The notes under the pieces are model-generated. The model ran no database searches. It had not been told where the DNA came from and saw nothing but the letters and a program-made list of their open reading frames with translations. 64,000 bases of DNA from an uncultured Aliiroseovarius sp. (GTDB taxonomy: Bacteria > Pseudomonadota > Alphaproteobacteria > Rhodobacterales > Rhodobacteraceae), in NCBI RefSeq assembly GCF_947497285.1, contig NZ_CANMFT010000004.1, positions 305,595-369,594 on the forward strand, written 5' to 3'. Both the position numbers and the translations under genes were made by a program. This document shows positions 20,627 to 30,202 of this stretch, one piece after another (positions within the stretch are counted from its first letter, which is position 1; each line of letters starts with the position of its first letter).

Positions 20627-20635
20627 AGACCGATG

Positions 20636-21046
20636 TCAGCTGCAATCCGCACGTTTGGCAACCAATGCGTCGCGGTCTTTTTCCAGCGCAACCTTGTCGG
20701 CATGCATTGCCCGGTATTGGGCGTGGGTCGGCAAGGTTGATTGTATTTCGGGCGACGGAAGGCAAATGCGCGCCAACGGGCCGATGCCTTTGCAAACCTT
20801 CAGCGGGTTCGAAAACGCCACAGGCGACCCAACGGTGCGATAACCGCGTGCCAATTTAGCATCCATCGCCGCAATCTGGTCATCCAACGCCGAGATTTGA
20901 GCACTGTATTGCACCCGACATGTTGTTGCCGATTGCTGGGTCGGGCTTTGCGCAGATTGCGAATTGGGTGTTTTCATTCCTGTCGTTGTGGTTTCGCAGC
21001 CGGCAAGCAACACAACGACGAGGGCACTGGTTAACAAGCGTCCCAT
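20636..21046 (-). CDS. Hypothetical lipoprotein
   Basis: Signal peptide with lipobox LAG|C, a coiled-coil-like segment and four further Cys. Confidence 0.7.
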   Translation of the reverse strand: MGRLLTSALVVVLLAGCETTTTGMKTPNSQSAQSPTQQSATTCRVQYSAQISALDDQIAAMDAKLARGYRTVGSPVAFSNPLKVCKGIGPLARICLPSPEIQSTLPTHAQYRAMHADKVALEKDRDALVAKRADCS

Positions 21047-21169
21047 GGGGCACTCCTTTTGCTGGGTAACACGCCGATACTAGCCAGTTCCTCGATGTCG
21101 GGCAAACACCCCTTGGCGCAGCCGGTCGAAACCTGCTAGCCCTTGCCCAACGACAAAAGGAGCGCGCAC

Positions 21170-22060
21170 GTGACCGACCAGATGCAAGACCAAAAAGCCC
21201 TCGCCAGCCAGTGGTTCCGCGAGTTGCGTGACCAGATCGTTTCCGCGTTCGAAGCGCTTGAAGACACGCAAGTGACCGGCCCGACCGCGGCGCTTGACGC
21301 TGGCCGCTTTGACGTTAAGCAAACCAAGCGGGCCTCCGATGACGGGACCGACGCCGGCGGCGGGCTGATGAGCGTGATGCGCGGCGGGCGGGTCTTTGAG
21401 AAGGTGGGGGTCAACATCTCAACCGTCTATGGAACCTTGGGCAAACAGGCGCAGCAAGCCATGGCCGCGCGTGGTGTGGCCGGGATAGAAGGCGACCCGC
21501 GGTTCTGGGCCTCGGGCATCAGCCTTGTCGCGCATATGCAAAACCCACACGCCCCCGCGGTCCACATGAACACACGCATGTTTTGGACCCCGAACGCCTG
21601 GTGGTTCGGCGGCGGCGCGGACCTGAACCCCTGCATCGAATACGATAAAGACACGGCCCATTTCCACGCGCAGCTTCAAAGCGCCTGCGAGCCCCATGAC
21701 ATCAGCTATTACGACAAGTTCAAAGCCTGGGCGGATGAATACTTTTTCGTGCCACACCGCGGGCGCGCGCGCGGCGTTGGCGGGATCTTCTTTGATGACC
21801 TCAACACCGGCGATTGGGCGAAGGATTTTGCGTTCACCAAGGACGTGGGCTTGGCTTTCTTGCCCGCATTCCTGCCGGTGACCGAAGCGCGCCGCAACAC
21901 GCCGTGGACCGAAGACGACAAGGACAAGCAACTGATCCATCGTGGTCTTTATGCCGAATACAACCTTGTCTATGACCGGGGCACCAAGTTCGGGCTGACC
22001 ACGGGACATGATGCCGATGCGGTATTGATGAGCCTGCCGCCACTTGCAAAGTGGGTCTAG
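21170..22060 (+). CDS. hemF: Oxygen-dependent coproporphyrinogen III oxidase
   Basis: FEKVGVNIS, PAVHMNTR, GGGADLNP and YAEYNLVYDRGTKFGL. AGGAG SD before GTG 21170. Confidence 0.96.
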   Translation: MTDQMQDQKALASQWFRELRDQIVSAFEALEDTQVTGPTAALDAGRFDVKQTKRASDDGTDAGGGLMSVMRGGRVFEKVGVNISTVYGTLGKQAQQAMAARGVAGIEGDPRFWASGISLVAHMQNPHAPAVHMNTRMFWTPNAWWFGGGADLNPCIEYDKDTAHFHAQLQSACEPHDISYYDKFKAWADEYFFVPHRGRARGVGGIFFDDLNTGDWAKDFAFTKDVGLAFLPAFLPVTEARRNTPWTEDDKDKQLIHRGLYAEYNLVYDRGTKFGLTTGHDADAVLMSLPPLAKWV

Positions 22061-22135
22061 GTCAGGTGCAAAGCGTGGCTTGCCTTGCCACGCATATCAA
22101 GGCAGCTTGTTGTGTGTGAAATGAAAGGTGCGCCA

Positions 22136-22588
22136 GTGTCTGCATTCAAGCTTGACGACTTTTTGCCCTATCAACTGACTGTTCTGTCCAGCCGGGTCAG
22201 TGCGGGGTTCTCGAAGCATTATCGGAACGCCTATGGCATCTCGGTATCCGAGTGGCGCGTTGTTGCCCATCTCAGCCAAGCGGACAGCGTCAGCGTGCGC
22301 GAAATCCACGCCCGTGTGGATATGGACAAACCCAAGGTCAGCCGCGCGGCGTCACGGCTAGAAGCTGCGGGGTATGTCACCAAGACAATCAACCCGCAGG
22401 ACAGGCGTCTTGTTGAACTCAGCCTGACCCCCAAAGGGCGCGACATGATTGCGGCTCTTACCCCGATCGCACGCGACTACGAGGCCCAGTTATCGGCGGT
22501 CCTTGGCGAAGCCGACCAAGCTTTCCGCGATCGTGTGGCAGCGCTTAGTGCCGCGCTCGAGGATGAAACAGACTTGGATCGCGACTAA
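22136..22588 (+). CDS. MarR-family transcriptional regulator
   Basis: FKLDDFLPYQL, wHTH MDKPKVSRAASRLE and DRR wing. Start is GTG 22136 or ATG 22121. Confidence 0.88.
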   Translation: MSAFKLDDFLPYQLTVLSSRVSAGFSKHYRNAYGISVSEWRVVAHLSQADSVSVREIHARVDMDKPKVSRAASRLEAAGYVTKTINPQDRRLVELSLTPKGRDMIAALTPIARDYEAQLSAVLGEADQAFRDRVAALSAALEDETDLDRD

Positions 22589-22680
22589 GCGCGCGCCAAT
22601 TGGGATCTGACGGTGCGTCACGGGCGACAGCCCGCAACGCCCATGCCATCCTAAACTCAAACGGTTTAAAGGAGCTTACC

Positions 22681-23856
22681 ATGTCCGACATTGTAATTCT
22701 TGGCGGCGCACGCACCGCAATTGGCACCTTTGGCGGCAGCCTTGCCGCGACTCCGCCCAGCGCGCTGGGTGCCGCTGTCACGCGTGAGGCGATGGCCCGC
22801 GCGGGCGTCGAGCCGGGCCAGATCGGCCACGTAGCCTTTGGCCACGTCATCAACACCGAACCGCGCGATATGTATCTTTCGCGCGTCGCCATGATCGAGG
22901 CTGGCATCCCCGCCTCCACGCCCGCAATGAACGTGAACCGCCTGTGCGGGTCCGGGCTTCAGGCGGTGGTGTCTGTCGCACAATCGCTGATGCTGGGGGA
23001 CGCGGACTTTGGCGTCGCAGGTGGCGCCGAAAGCATGAGCCGCGCGCCATATATCCTGCCGCAAGCCCGTTGGGGTCAGAAGATGGGCGACACGGGCGCA
23101 CAAGATATGATGCTGGGCGCGCTGAACTGCCCCTTCGGCACCGGGCATATGGGCGTGACCGCCGAAAACGTCGCGGCCGAGCATGACGTGAGCCGCGCCG
23201 ATCAGGACACCTTTGCACTGGAAAGCCAGAAGCGCGCCGCCGCCGCCATCGAAGCCGGCCATTTCGACAGCCAAATCGTCCCGATCGAGGTCAAGCAGCG
23301 CCGCGAAACGGTGGAATTTGCCCGCGACGAACACCCCAAACCCACCACCGCCGAGGCTTTGGCCGGTCTTCGCACAGTGTTCCAGAAAGACGGAACGGTC
23401 ACGGCGGGCAACGCATCTGGCATCAATGACGGGGCGGCAGCGCTGGTGCTGGCCCGGTCCGACGCGGCAGAAAGCGCGGGCCTGAAACCCATGGCGCGCA
23501 TCATCGGCTATGGCCATGCCGGCGTGCGACCCGAGGTCATGGGCATCGGCCCTGTGCCTGCGGTCGAAAACCTTCTGGCGAAAACCGGGCTGAGTGTCGC
23601 GGATTTCGATGTGATCGAATCAAACGAGGCGTTCGCCGCGCAGGCCATCGCCGTGAACAAAGGTTTGGGGCTGGACCCGGCCAAGGTGAACCCGAACGGC
23701 GGCGCAATTGCGTTGGGACACCCCGTCGGGGCAACCGGCGCGATCATCACGATCAAGGCACTGTATGAGCTGGAGCGTATTGGTGGGTCGAAAGCGCTGA
23801 TCACCATGTGCATCGGCGGCGGTCAGGGCATCGCGCTGGCCATCGAACGCATCTGA
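22681..23856 (+). CDS. Acetyl-CoA C-acyltransferase (thiolase, BktB-like)
   Basis: VNRLCGSG, NASGINDGA, NEAFA, GHPVGATG and MCIGGGQG. Confidence 0.95.
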   Translation: MSDIVILGGARTAIGTFGGSLAATPPSALGAAVTREAMARAGVEPGQIGHVAFGHVINTEPRDMYLSRVAMIEAGIPASTPAMNVNRLCGSGLQAVVSVAQSLMLGDADFGVAGGAESMSRAPYILPQARWGQKMGDTGAQDMMLGALNCPFGTGHMGVTAENVAAEHDVSRADQDTFALESQKRAAAAIEAGHFDSQIVPIEVKQRRETVEFARDEHPKPTTAEALAGLRTVFQKDGTVTAGNASGINDGAAALVLARSDAAESAGLKPMARIIGYGHAGVRPEVMGIGPVPAVENLLAKTGLSVADFDVIESNEAFAAQAIAVNKGLGLDPAKVNPNGGAIALGHPVGATGAIITIKALYELERIGGSKALITMCIGGGQGIALAIERI

Positions 23857-23899
23857 TCAGAAGGTCAATCTTGCCCGGCGTAGGCGCCGGGCAAAGACG

Positions 23900-24856
23900 T
23901 TACTTCCAGTCGAAGAAATCGTCGCCAACCCGCGACAAAAGCTCTTCGGCGAGCTTGATGCCAAGCGCGGGTCCGTCTGATACGGGCCCAGACATCTGAT
24001 CAGACTCGGCCTCTGACCCATCGGTCCGCAGGATTTCCCCGCGCAGGGTCAACGTGTCGCCATCCAGAGTGGCAAGGGCGGCAATCGGGGTCTCGCAAGA
24101 CCCGTCCAATGCGCCCAGAAACGCGCGTTCAGCCGCCAGCCTCTGGCCGGTTTCCGCGTCGTGGATGGCATCCAGCATCTCTTTGGCGCGCATGTCGTCG
24201 GCACGGCGCTCGATCCCAATGGCGCCTTGGGCGACTGCATTCAGCATCTCGTTAGTCGGAATGGCGGTTTTCGGCACGCCATCCATGCCCAAACGGTTCA
24301 AGCCAGCCATCGCAAGGAAGGTCGCCTCGGCCACCCCATCTTCCAGTTTCTTCAGGCGGGTCTGGACGTTGCCGCGAAACTCGACAACCTCAAGATCGGG
24401 GCGACGGTTCAGAAGCTGGGCTTTGCGGCGCAAGGACGAGGTGCCGACAACGGCACCCTTGGGAAGATCACTGATCGAGCGGTAATTGATCGACACGAAC
24501 GCATCGCGCGTGTCTTCACGCGGCAGGTTGCAGTCCAGCACCAAACCCTCGGGCTGTTCGGTCGGCATGTCCTTCATCGAGTGCACGGCGATGTCGATGC
24601 GGCCATCCAGCATCGCCTCTTCAATCTCCTTGGTGAACAGGCCTTTGTTGCCAATCTCTTTCAACGGGCGGTCCGCGTCGATCAGCGCACGATCATCGCC
24701 GGTGGTGTGGATGACCACCACCTCAAACGCGGCTTCCGGCAGGTCAAAGGCGGCCATCAGGCGGCGGCGGGTTTCATAGGCCTGCGCCAGCGCCAGCGGG
24801 CTGCCACGGGTGCCGATTTTCAGCGGGGCGTCGGGGGTCGGATATGCATGTGTCAT
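23900..24856 (-). CDS. hemC: Hydroxymethylbilane synthase
   Basis: IGTRGSPLALAQ, KGLFTKEIE, AVHSMKD, GTSSLRR and GSCETP. Confidence 0.97.
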   Translation of the reverse strand: MTHAYPTPDAPLKIGTRGSPLALAQAYETRRRLMAAFDLPEAAFEVVVIHTTGDDRALIDADRPLKEIGNKGLFTKEIEEAMLDGRIDIAVHSMKDMPTEQPEGLVLDCNLPREDTRDAFVSINYRSISDLPKGAVVGTSSLRRKAQLLNRRPDLEVVEFRGNVQTRLKKLEDGVAEATFLAMAGLNRLGMDGVPKTAIPTNEMLNAVAQGAIGIERRADDMRAKEMLDAIHDAETGQRLAAERAFLGALDGSCETPIAALATLDGDTLTLRGEILRTDGSEAESDQMSGPVSDGPALGIKLAEELLSRVGDDFFDWK

Positions 24857-24973
24857 GCACTCCATTTACGCCGGAAGATCGGGGCTGTCCATGCCTGCGG
24901 CACCCCGCACGCTTGACATCCTGTCGCGTGTGAGGGACGACGGCTCAAACGCAGTCAGGAAAGGCCCGCCATC

Positions 24974-26008
24974 ATGTCCCAGCAAAAAACCATTCTGCGC
25001 GCACTGGCGGGCGAAACACTTCCCACGCCACCGATCTGGATGATGCGTCAGGCGGGGCGGTATCTGCCCGAATATCGCGCCACCCGGGCGCAAGCAGGCG
25101 ATTTCCTCAAGCTGTGCTATAACCCCGAACTGGCCGCCGAGGTCACGCTGCAACCCATTCGCCGTTACGGATTTGATGCCGCGATCCTGTTTGCCGACAT
25201 CCTTTTGGTGCCACAGGCGCTTGGCGCAGATCTGTGGTTCGTCACCGGCGAAGGCCCGCGCCTGTCCACGATCACCAGCCAAGCCGATTTCGACAAGCTG
25301 TTGGGCAAGGATGATATCCACAAGACGCTAAACCCGATCTACGAAACGGTCCGCATTCTGCGCGGCGAGTTGCCCGACGAGACCACGCTGATCGGTTTTG
25401 CCGGGATGCCGTGGACTGTCGCGACCTATATGATCGCAGGCCAAGGCACCAAGGACCAGGGTCCGGCGCATGCCTTGAAAGCAGAAAATCCTGCACTGTT
25501 CGACGCGCTGATGGACCGATTGACCGAGGCGACCATCGAATACCTGTCGATGCAGATCGACGCCGGTGCCGAGGTGGTCAAGCTGTTTGACAGCTGGGCT
25601 GGATCGCTGAACAGCGCCGATTTCCAGAAATACGCGGTCGAGCCCGCCCGCCTGATCACGCAAGCCCTGAAGAAGCGTCACCCCGGCATTCCCGTCATCG
25701 GCTTCCCGCGCGAAGCGGGCGACGGCTATATCGGCTTTGCCAAGGCGACCGGTGTGGATTGTGTGGCGATCGACAACTCGGTCAGCCCGGACTGGGCCGC
25801 CAAGCATGTGCAGGTCGATGGCTGTGTGCAGGGCAACCTTGCCTCAAGCCACATGGTCACGGGTGGTCAGGCGCTGGTTGACGAGACCCGGAAAGTCGTC
25901 GAGGCGTTTAAAAACGGCCCCCATATTTTCAACCTTGGCCATGGGATCACACCCGATGCAGACCCGGAAAATGTGCAGTTGATGATCGACACGGTGCGGG
26001 GCGGCTGA
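24974..26008 (+). CDS. hemE: Uroporphyrinogen decarboxylase
   Basis: [21 protein letters not shown] and FNLGHGI. Confidence 0.97.
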   Translation: MSQQKTILRALAGETLPTPPIWMMRQAGRYLPEYRATRAQAGDFLKLCYNPELAAEVTLQPIRRYGFDAAILFADILLVPQALGADLWFVTGEGPRLSTITSQADFDKLLGKDDIHKTLNPIYETVRILRGELPDETTLIGFAGMPWTVATYMIAGQGTKDQGPAHALKAENPALFDALMDRLTEATIEYLSMQIDAGAEVVKLFDSWAGSLNSADFQKYAVEPARLITQALKKRHPGIPVIGFPREAGDGYIGFAKATGVDCVAIDNSVSPDWAAKHVQVDGCVQGNLASSHMVTGGQALVDETRKVVEAFKNGPHIFNLGHGITPDADPENVQLMIDTVRGG

Positions 26009-26091
26009 TCAGCCTTCCGCCGCATGACCTCTCTGCTTGCTTTTTGAAACGCGGCCATATCTTGTGGCCGCATTGTCTTTAGGAGGAGCCG

Positions 26092-27279
26092 ATGCGGCTT
26101 GGTATCGCCACCCTGATTATTGCTTATGTGCTGAGCCAGTTCTATCGCGCCTTTCTGGCGGTGATGACGCCTGCGCTGAAGGCCGATCTGGGTGCCTCGC
26201 CTGAGGATCTGGCCCGCGCTTCGGGGGCTTGGTTTTTGGTGTTTGCGTTGATGCAGCTTCCGGTGGGCTGGGGCTTGGACAATATCGGGCCGCGCAAAGT
26301 GGCGGCTGCGCTGTTGGCGCTCGGCGGTGCCGGAGGTGCCGCGCTTTTCGCGGTGGCCACCACGCCCGATCACATTCTTTATGCGATGGTCCTGATCGGA
26401 ATTGGCTGTTCGCCGGTTCTGATGGCAAGCTATTTCATCTTTGCGCGCATGTATTCCCCTGCGGTCTTCAGCACTTTGGCCGGCATGGTGATTGGCATCG
26501 GGTCACTGGGCAATATCGCAGGTGCATTACCAATGGCGCTGGCGGTCGAGCAATTTGGCTGGCGCGCTTGTCTTTGGGCCTTGTCGGCGGTGACGCTTGT
26601 GGTGGCCGCATTGATTATGCTGGCGGTCGACAACCCACCAAAGCTGGTCGCCAAAGAAGGCACGCCGAAAGGATCGGTTCTGGACTTGCTGAAAATGCCC
26701 GCACTGTGGGCGATTTTTCCGATCATGTTCGTGAACTATACCGCCGCCGCCGGGTTAAGGGGCAGTTGGGCGGGGCCCTATCTGCGTGATGTTTACGGGT
26801 TGGACACCACCGGCATTGGCTGGGCCACGATGGCGATTGCCTTGGCGATGGTCATCGGCAGTTTCGCCTATGGCCCGTTGGACCGAATCTTTGGCACGCG
26901 AAAATGGGTGATCTTTGTCGGCAACATGATCGCGGTCGGATTGGTCTTCTTACTATGGGCCGTCCCCGGCGCTGGCGTTTGGCAGGTGTCGCTGACCATG
27001 GCGGCCATCGGGCTGTTCGGCGCGAGCTTCCCTTTGATCATGGCGCATGGGCGCAGCTTCTATCCGCCGCATCTTGTCGGGCGCGGCGTGACGCTGATGA
27101 ATATGTTCGGGATCGGCGGCGTCGGGATATTCCAATACAGCTCGGCCAGTGTGTTCCGTGCGTCACAAGGGCCCGACGTCGCGGTCACGGCCCCCTATCA
27201 GGCCGTGTTCCTGTTTTTTGCTGTGCCGGGGCTGATCGGCTGTCTGCTCTATCTTCTCAGCGAAGATCGCACAGACTAA
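26092..27279 (+). CDS. MFS transporter
   Basis: About 12 hydrophobic segments and an MFS motif A-like GWGLDNIGPRK. Confidence 0.88.
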   Translation: MRLGIATLIIAYVLSQFYRAFLAVMTPALKADLGASPEDLARASGAWFLVFALMQLPVGWGLDNIGPRKVAAALLALGGAGGAALFAVATTPDHILYAMVLIGIGCSPVLMASYFIFARMYSPAVFSTLAGMVIGIGSLGNIAGALPMALAVEQFGWRACLWALSAVTLVVAALIMLAVDNPPKLVAKEGTPKGSVLDLLKMPALWAIFPIMFVNYTAAAGLRGSWAGPYLRDVYGLDTTGIGWATMAIALAMVIGSFAYGPLDRIFGTRKWVIFVGNMIAVGLVFLLWAVPGAGVWQVSLTMAAIGLFGASFPLIMAHGRSFYPPHLVGRGVTLMNMFGIGGVGIFQYSSASVFRASQGPDVAVTAPYQAVFLFFAVPGLIGCLLYLLSEDRTD

Positions 27280-28604
27280 GCCGATTTCGCACCACGACGC
27301 GGGCGGCGACGCTTTGAGCTGTTGGCGGGTTTGGGGGCGCCTCGGCCAGCCGATTGACCAGACCGCGTATCACCTCCGCCATGGGCGCGGGGTTTGCGCC
27401 CGCCGCCGCCACCGCCACCACCGCGACGACCGCCGCCGCCACCCTGATTGCGGGTCGGGCGTTTTTCTTCGGCCGGACGCGTTCCGCCAAGGATCGGGAT
27501 GTCGATCTTCATCACCTTTTCGATGTCACGCAGCAGGCCAAGTTCGACACCTGACACGAAGGAAATCGCATCGCCACCAGCGCCCGCACGGGCCGTCCGG
27601 CCAATGCGGTGCACGTAGTTTTCGGCAACCTCGGGCAGGTCGAAATTGTAAACGTGGCTGACGCCCGGAATGTCGATGCCACGGGCAGCCACATCGGTGG
27701 CAACCAGAACACGTGCTTCACCCGACCGGAACGCGGCCAGCGCACGATCACGTTGCCCCTGGCTTTTGTTGCCGTGAATCGAAACGGCTTTGAAGCCTTC
27801 CGCAACGAGCGTTTTCATCAGCTTTTCGGCCCCGTGCTTGGTGCGCGAAAACACCAGCGACAGCGAGTCCGCGTCATGGCCCAAAAGGTCAATCAGCAGC
27901 GTGATCTTTTCATTGCGACCGGGCGAGTAATAAATGCCCTGTGTCACCTTATCGGCGGCTTTGCCCGGAGGTGACACCTGCACCTTGGCCGGATTGGTCA
28001 GATAGGCGCGCGACAGTTCTTCCATCTGCTTGGGCATGGTGGCCGAAAACAGCATCGTCTGACGCGGAGTGCCCAATTCGGGCGCAATCCGGCGCAGCGC
28101 ATGAATGAACCCCATGTCAAGCATCTGATCAGCTTCGTCGAGGACAAGGAACTTCGCCGTGTCCATACGGATCGCTTTGCGGTCCATCAGGTCAATCAAA
28201 CGACCGGGGGTGGCGACCAGAATGTCGATGCCCGGCGCCAGAGTGTTGATTTGCTTTTTGATCGACATGCCGCCCACCACGGTGCGGACTTTCAAGTGGG
28301 TGCCGCTTACATAGTCGTGCAGGTTCACTGCGATCTGGTTCACCAGTTCGCGTGTGGGGGCAAGGATCAGCGCCTTAACCGATTTCGGTTCGCGCTTGTC
28401 ATGATTGCCCAAAAGTTGGTGGATCAAAGGCAGGCCAAAGGCCGCCGTCTTTCCGGTGCCGGTCTGGGCCAGACCCATCACATCGCGGCCTTCAAGGACC
28501 AGCGGGATCGCTTTGATCTGGATGGGTGTCGGCGTTTCATATCCGGCTTCGGTCACGGTTGTGACCAGCTTCGGGTCAAGCCCGAGCTCTGCAAATTTTG
28601 TCAT
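27276..28604 (-). CDS. DEAD-box RNA helicase (RhlE-like)
   Basis: Q motif PTPIQ, AQTGTGKT, PTREL, DEAD, SAT and HRIGRTAR, with an RG-rich C-terminal tail. Start moved to ATG 28604. Confidence 0.96.
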   Translation of the reverse strand: MTKFAELGLDPKLVTTVTEAGYETPTPIQIKAIPLVLEGRDVMGLAQTGTGKTAAFGLPLIHQLLGNHDKREPKSVKALILAPTRELVNQIAVNLHDYVSGTHLKVRTVVGGMSIKKQINTLAPGIDILVATPGRLIDLMDRKAIRMDTAKFLVLDEADQMLDMGFIHALRRIAPELGTPRQTMLFSATMPKQMEELSRAYLTNPAKVQVSPPGKAADKVTQGIYYSPGRNEKITLLIDLLGHDADSLSLVFSRTKHGAEKLMKTLVAEGFKAVSIHGNKSQGQRDRALAAFRSGEARVLVATDVAARGIDIPGVSHVYNFDLPEVAENYVHRIGRTARAGAGGDAISFVSGVELGLLRDIEKVMKIDIPILGGTRPAEEKRPTRNQGGGGGRRGGGGGGGGRKPRAHGGGDTRSGQSAGRGAPKPANSSKRRRPRRGAKSA

Positions 28605-28853
28605 TATCGTCTTTCTGGCATGCACGCTGGCACACCGCTATCACGCGGGTTTGGGGGCAAATGCCCCATCGCTTCGGTTAGCGGCTGATGCTCGCGGTGG
28701 GCCGAGTGCCCTATACAGTTTCCTGCCCGCCGATCTGGCCGTCAGAACCCCGCGTGATTTGGGAACTTGTGTCAGGCGCGGTATGCGCCTTGGGATTCTG
28801 TCTGCCGCATAAAGGGGCGGGCTGCTCACGCGTCAGCCGGACAGAATTGTGCC

Positions 28854-28882
28854 CGTATCACAGCATGAAGCGGCCAAGTCAA
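28854..28882 (-). promoter_or_regulatory. Possible sigma70 promoter for the DEAD-box helicase (TTGACT-N17-GATACG)
   Basis: Good -35 with 17-nt spacing but a weak -10. Would give a 5' UTR of about 240 nt. Confidence 0.45.
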
Positions 28883-29006
28883 TGATAAAACGCTGCAACT
28901 GCGTGCTAGAACCTTTCGCAATCGCGGCAATTGCGCTATGGACGCCCTCGGTCCAGCCGAGTCTTACATCAAGGCGGGCGGGCCATAGATATTAGAGGAG
29001 GCCGTG

Positions 29007-30029
29007 ATGGGCTATAAAATCGCTGTCGTTGGTGCCACGGGGAACGTGGGCCGCGAGATGCTGAACATTCTGGCAGAGCGCCAGTTTCCTGTGGACGAGA
29101 TTGTCGCGCTTGCGTCGCGCCGGTCGCTCGGCACCGAAGTCAGCTTTGGCGATACCACCCTTAAGACCAAAGACCTCGACACGTTCGATTTCACTGGTTG
29201 GGATATAGCCCTGTTCGCCGTCGGGTCCGAGGCCACCAAGCAATACGCCCCCAAGGCGGCAAAGGCCGGTTGTGTGGTCATCGACAACTCGTCGCTCTAT
29301 CGCTACGACGCCGACATTCCGCTGATCGTGCCCGAGGTGAACCCACAGGCGATCCACGGGTATGCCAAGAAGAACATCATCGCGAACCCCAACTGCTCGA
29401 CCGCGCAGATGGTTGTGGCGCTGAAGCCGTTGCATGACCGCGCCAAGATCAAGCGCGTTGTCGTGTCGACCTATCAGTCGGTGTCCGGCTCGGGCAAAGA
29501 CGCGATTGACGAGCTGTGGAACCAGACCAAGGGCATGTATGTGCCGGGTCAGGAAGTCGAGCCTTCGGTTTACCCCAAGCAAATCGCCTTCAACGTGATC
29601 CCGCATATTGATGTCTTTATGGACAGCGGCGACACGAAAGAAGAATGGAAAATGGTCGCCGAGACGAAGAAGATCGTCGACCCGTCGATCAAGGTGACCG
29701 CCACCTGCGTGCGCGTCCCGGTTTTCGTCGGCCACTCGGAATCGGTGAACATCGAGACCGAGGAGTTTCTGGACGAAGACGAAGCCCGCGACATTCTGCG
29801 TGAATCTCCGGGCATTCTGGTCGTCGATAAGCGCGAAAATGGCGGCTATGTCACGCCGGTGGAATGCGTCGGCGACTATGCCACCTTCGTCAGCCGCATC
29901 CGTCAGGACGTGACCGTGGAAAACGGCCTGAACCTGTGGTGTGTGTCAGACAACCTGCGCAAAGGGGCTGCGCTGAACGCCGTTCAGATCGCCGAACTTC
30001 TGGGCCGTGAGGTTTTGAAGAAGGGCTGA
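29007..30029 (+). CDS. asd: Aspartate-semialdehyde dehydrogenase
   Basis: VVGATGNVG, NPNCST, STYQSVSG and DNLRKGAALNAVQIAE. Confidence 0.97.
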   Translation: MGYKIAVVGATGNVGREMLNILAERQFPVDEIVALASRRSLGTEVSFGDTTLKTKDLDTFDFTGWDIALFAVGSEATKQYAPKAAKAGCVVIDNSSLYRYDADIPLIVPEVNPQAIHGYAKKNIIANPNCSTAQMVVALKPLHDRAKIKRVVVSTYQSVSGSGKDAIDELWNQTKGMYVPGQEVEPSVYPKQIAFNVIPHIDVFMDSGDTKEEWKMVAETKKIVDPSIKVTATCVRVPVFVGHSESVNIETEEFLDEDEARDILRESPGILVVDKRENGGYVTPVECVGDYATFVSRIRQDVTVENGLNLWCVSDNLRKGAALNAVQIAELLGREVLKKG

Positions 30030-30052
30030 TTGACGCTTTTGATTTGACTGCC

Positions 30053-30081
30053 AAAGCCCTCGTCTATTGACGGGGGCTTTT
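30053..30081 (+). terminator. Intrinsic terminator after asd
   Basis: AAAGCCCTCGTC-tatt-GACGGGGGCTTTT hairpin. Confidence 0.8.
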
Positions 30082-30202
30082 GTGTGCTTGATGGGAGTCC
30101 ATTGTACAAACCTCAAGAACAACCAAAAGTTGACCTTGAGGTTTCCTTTAGCCTCTGCATAGATTGGTCAACGATGTCTAATTCACACAAAGGTCAAGCA
30201 AG

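Noticed and set aside
27276-27279. Overlap of the convergent MFS and helicase stop codons
   Set aside because: A 4-nt tail-to-tail overlap is common and gives no evidence of a function.
28603-28729. RAGNC-containing leader peptide for the DEAD-box helicase, ending in a TAATG overlap
   Set aside because: The frame is closed by TGA five codons before RAGNC with no start codon in between. The internal ATG (MGHLPP...) has no convincing SD.
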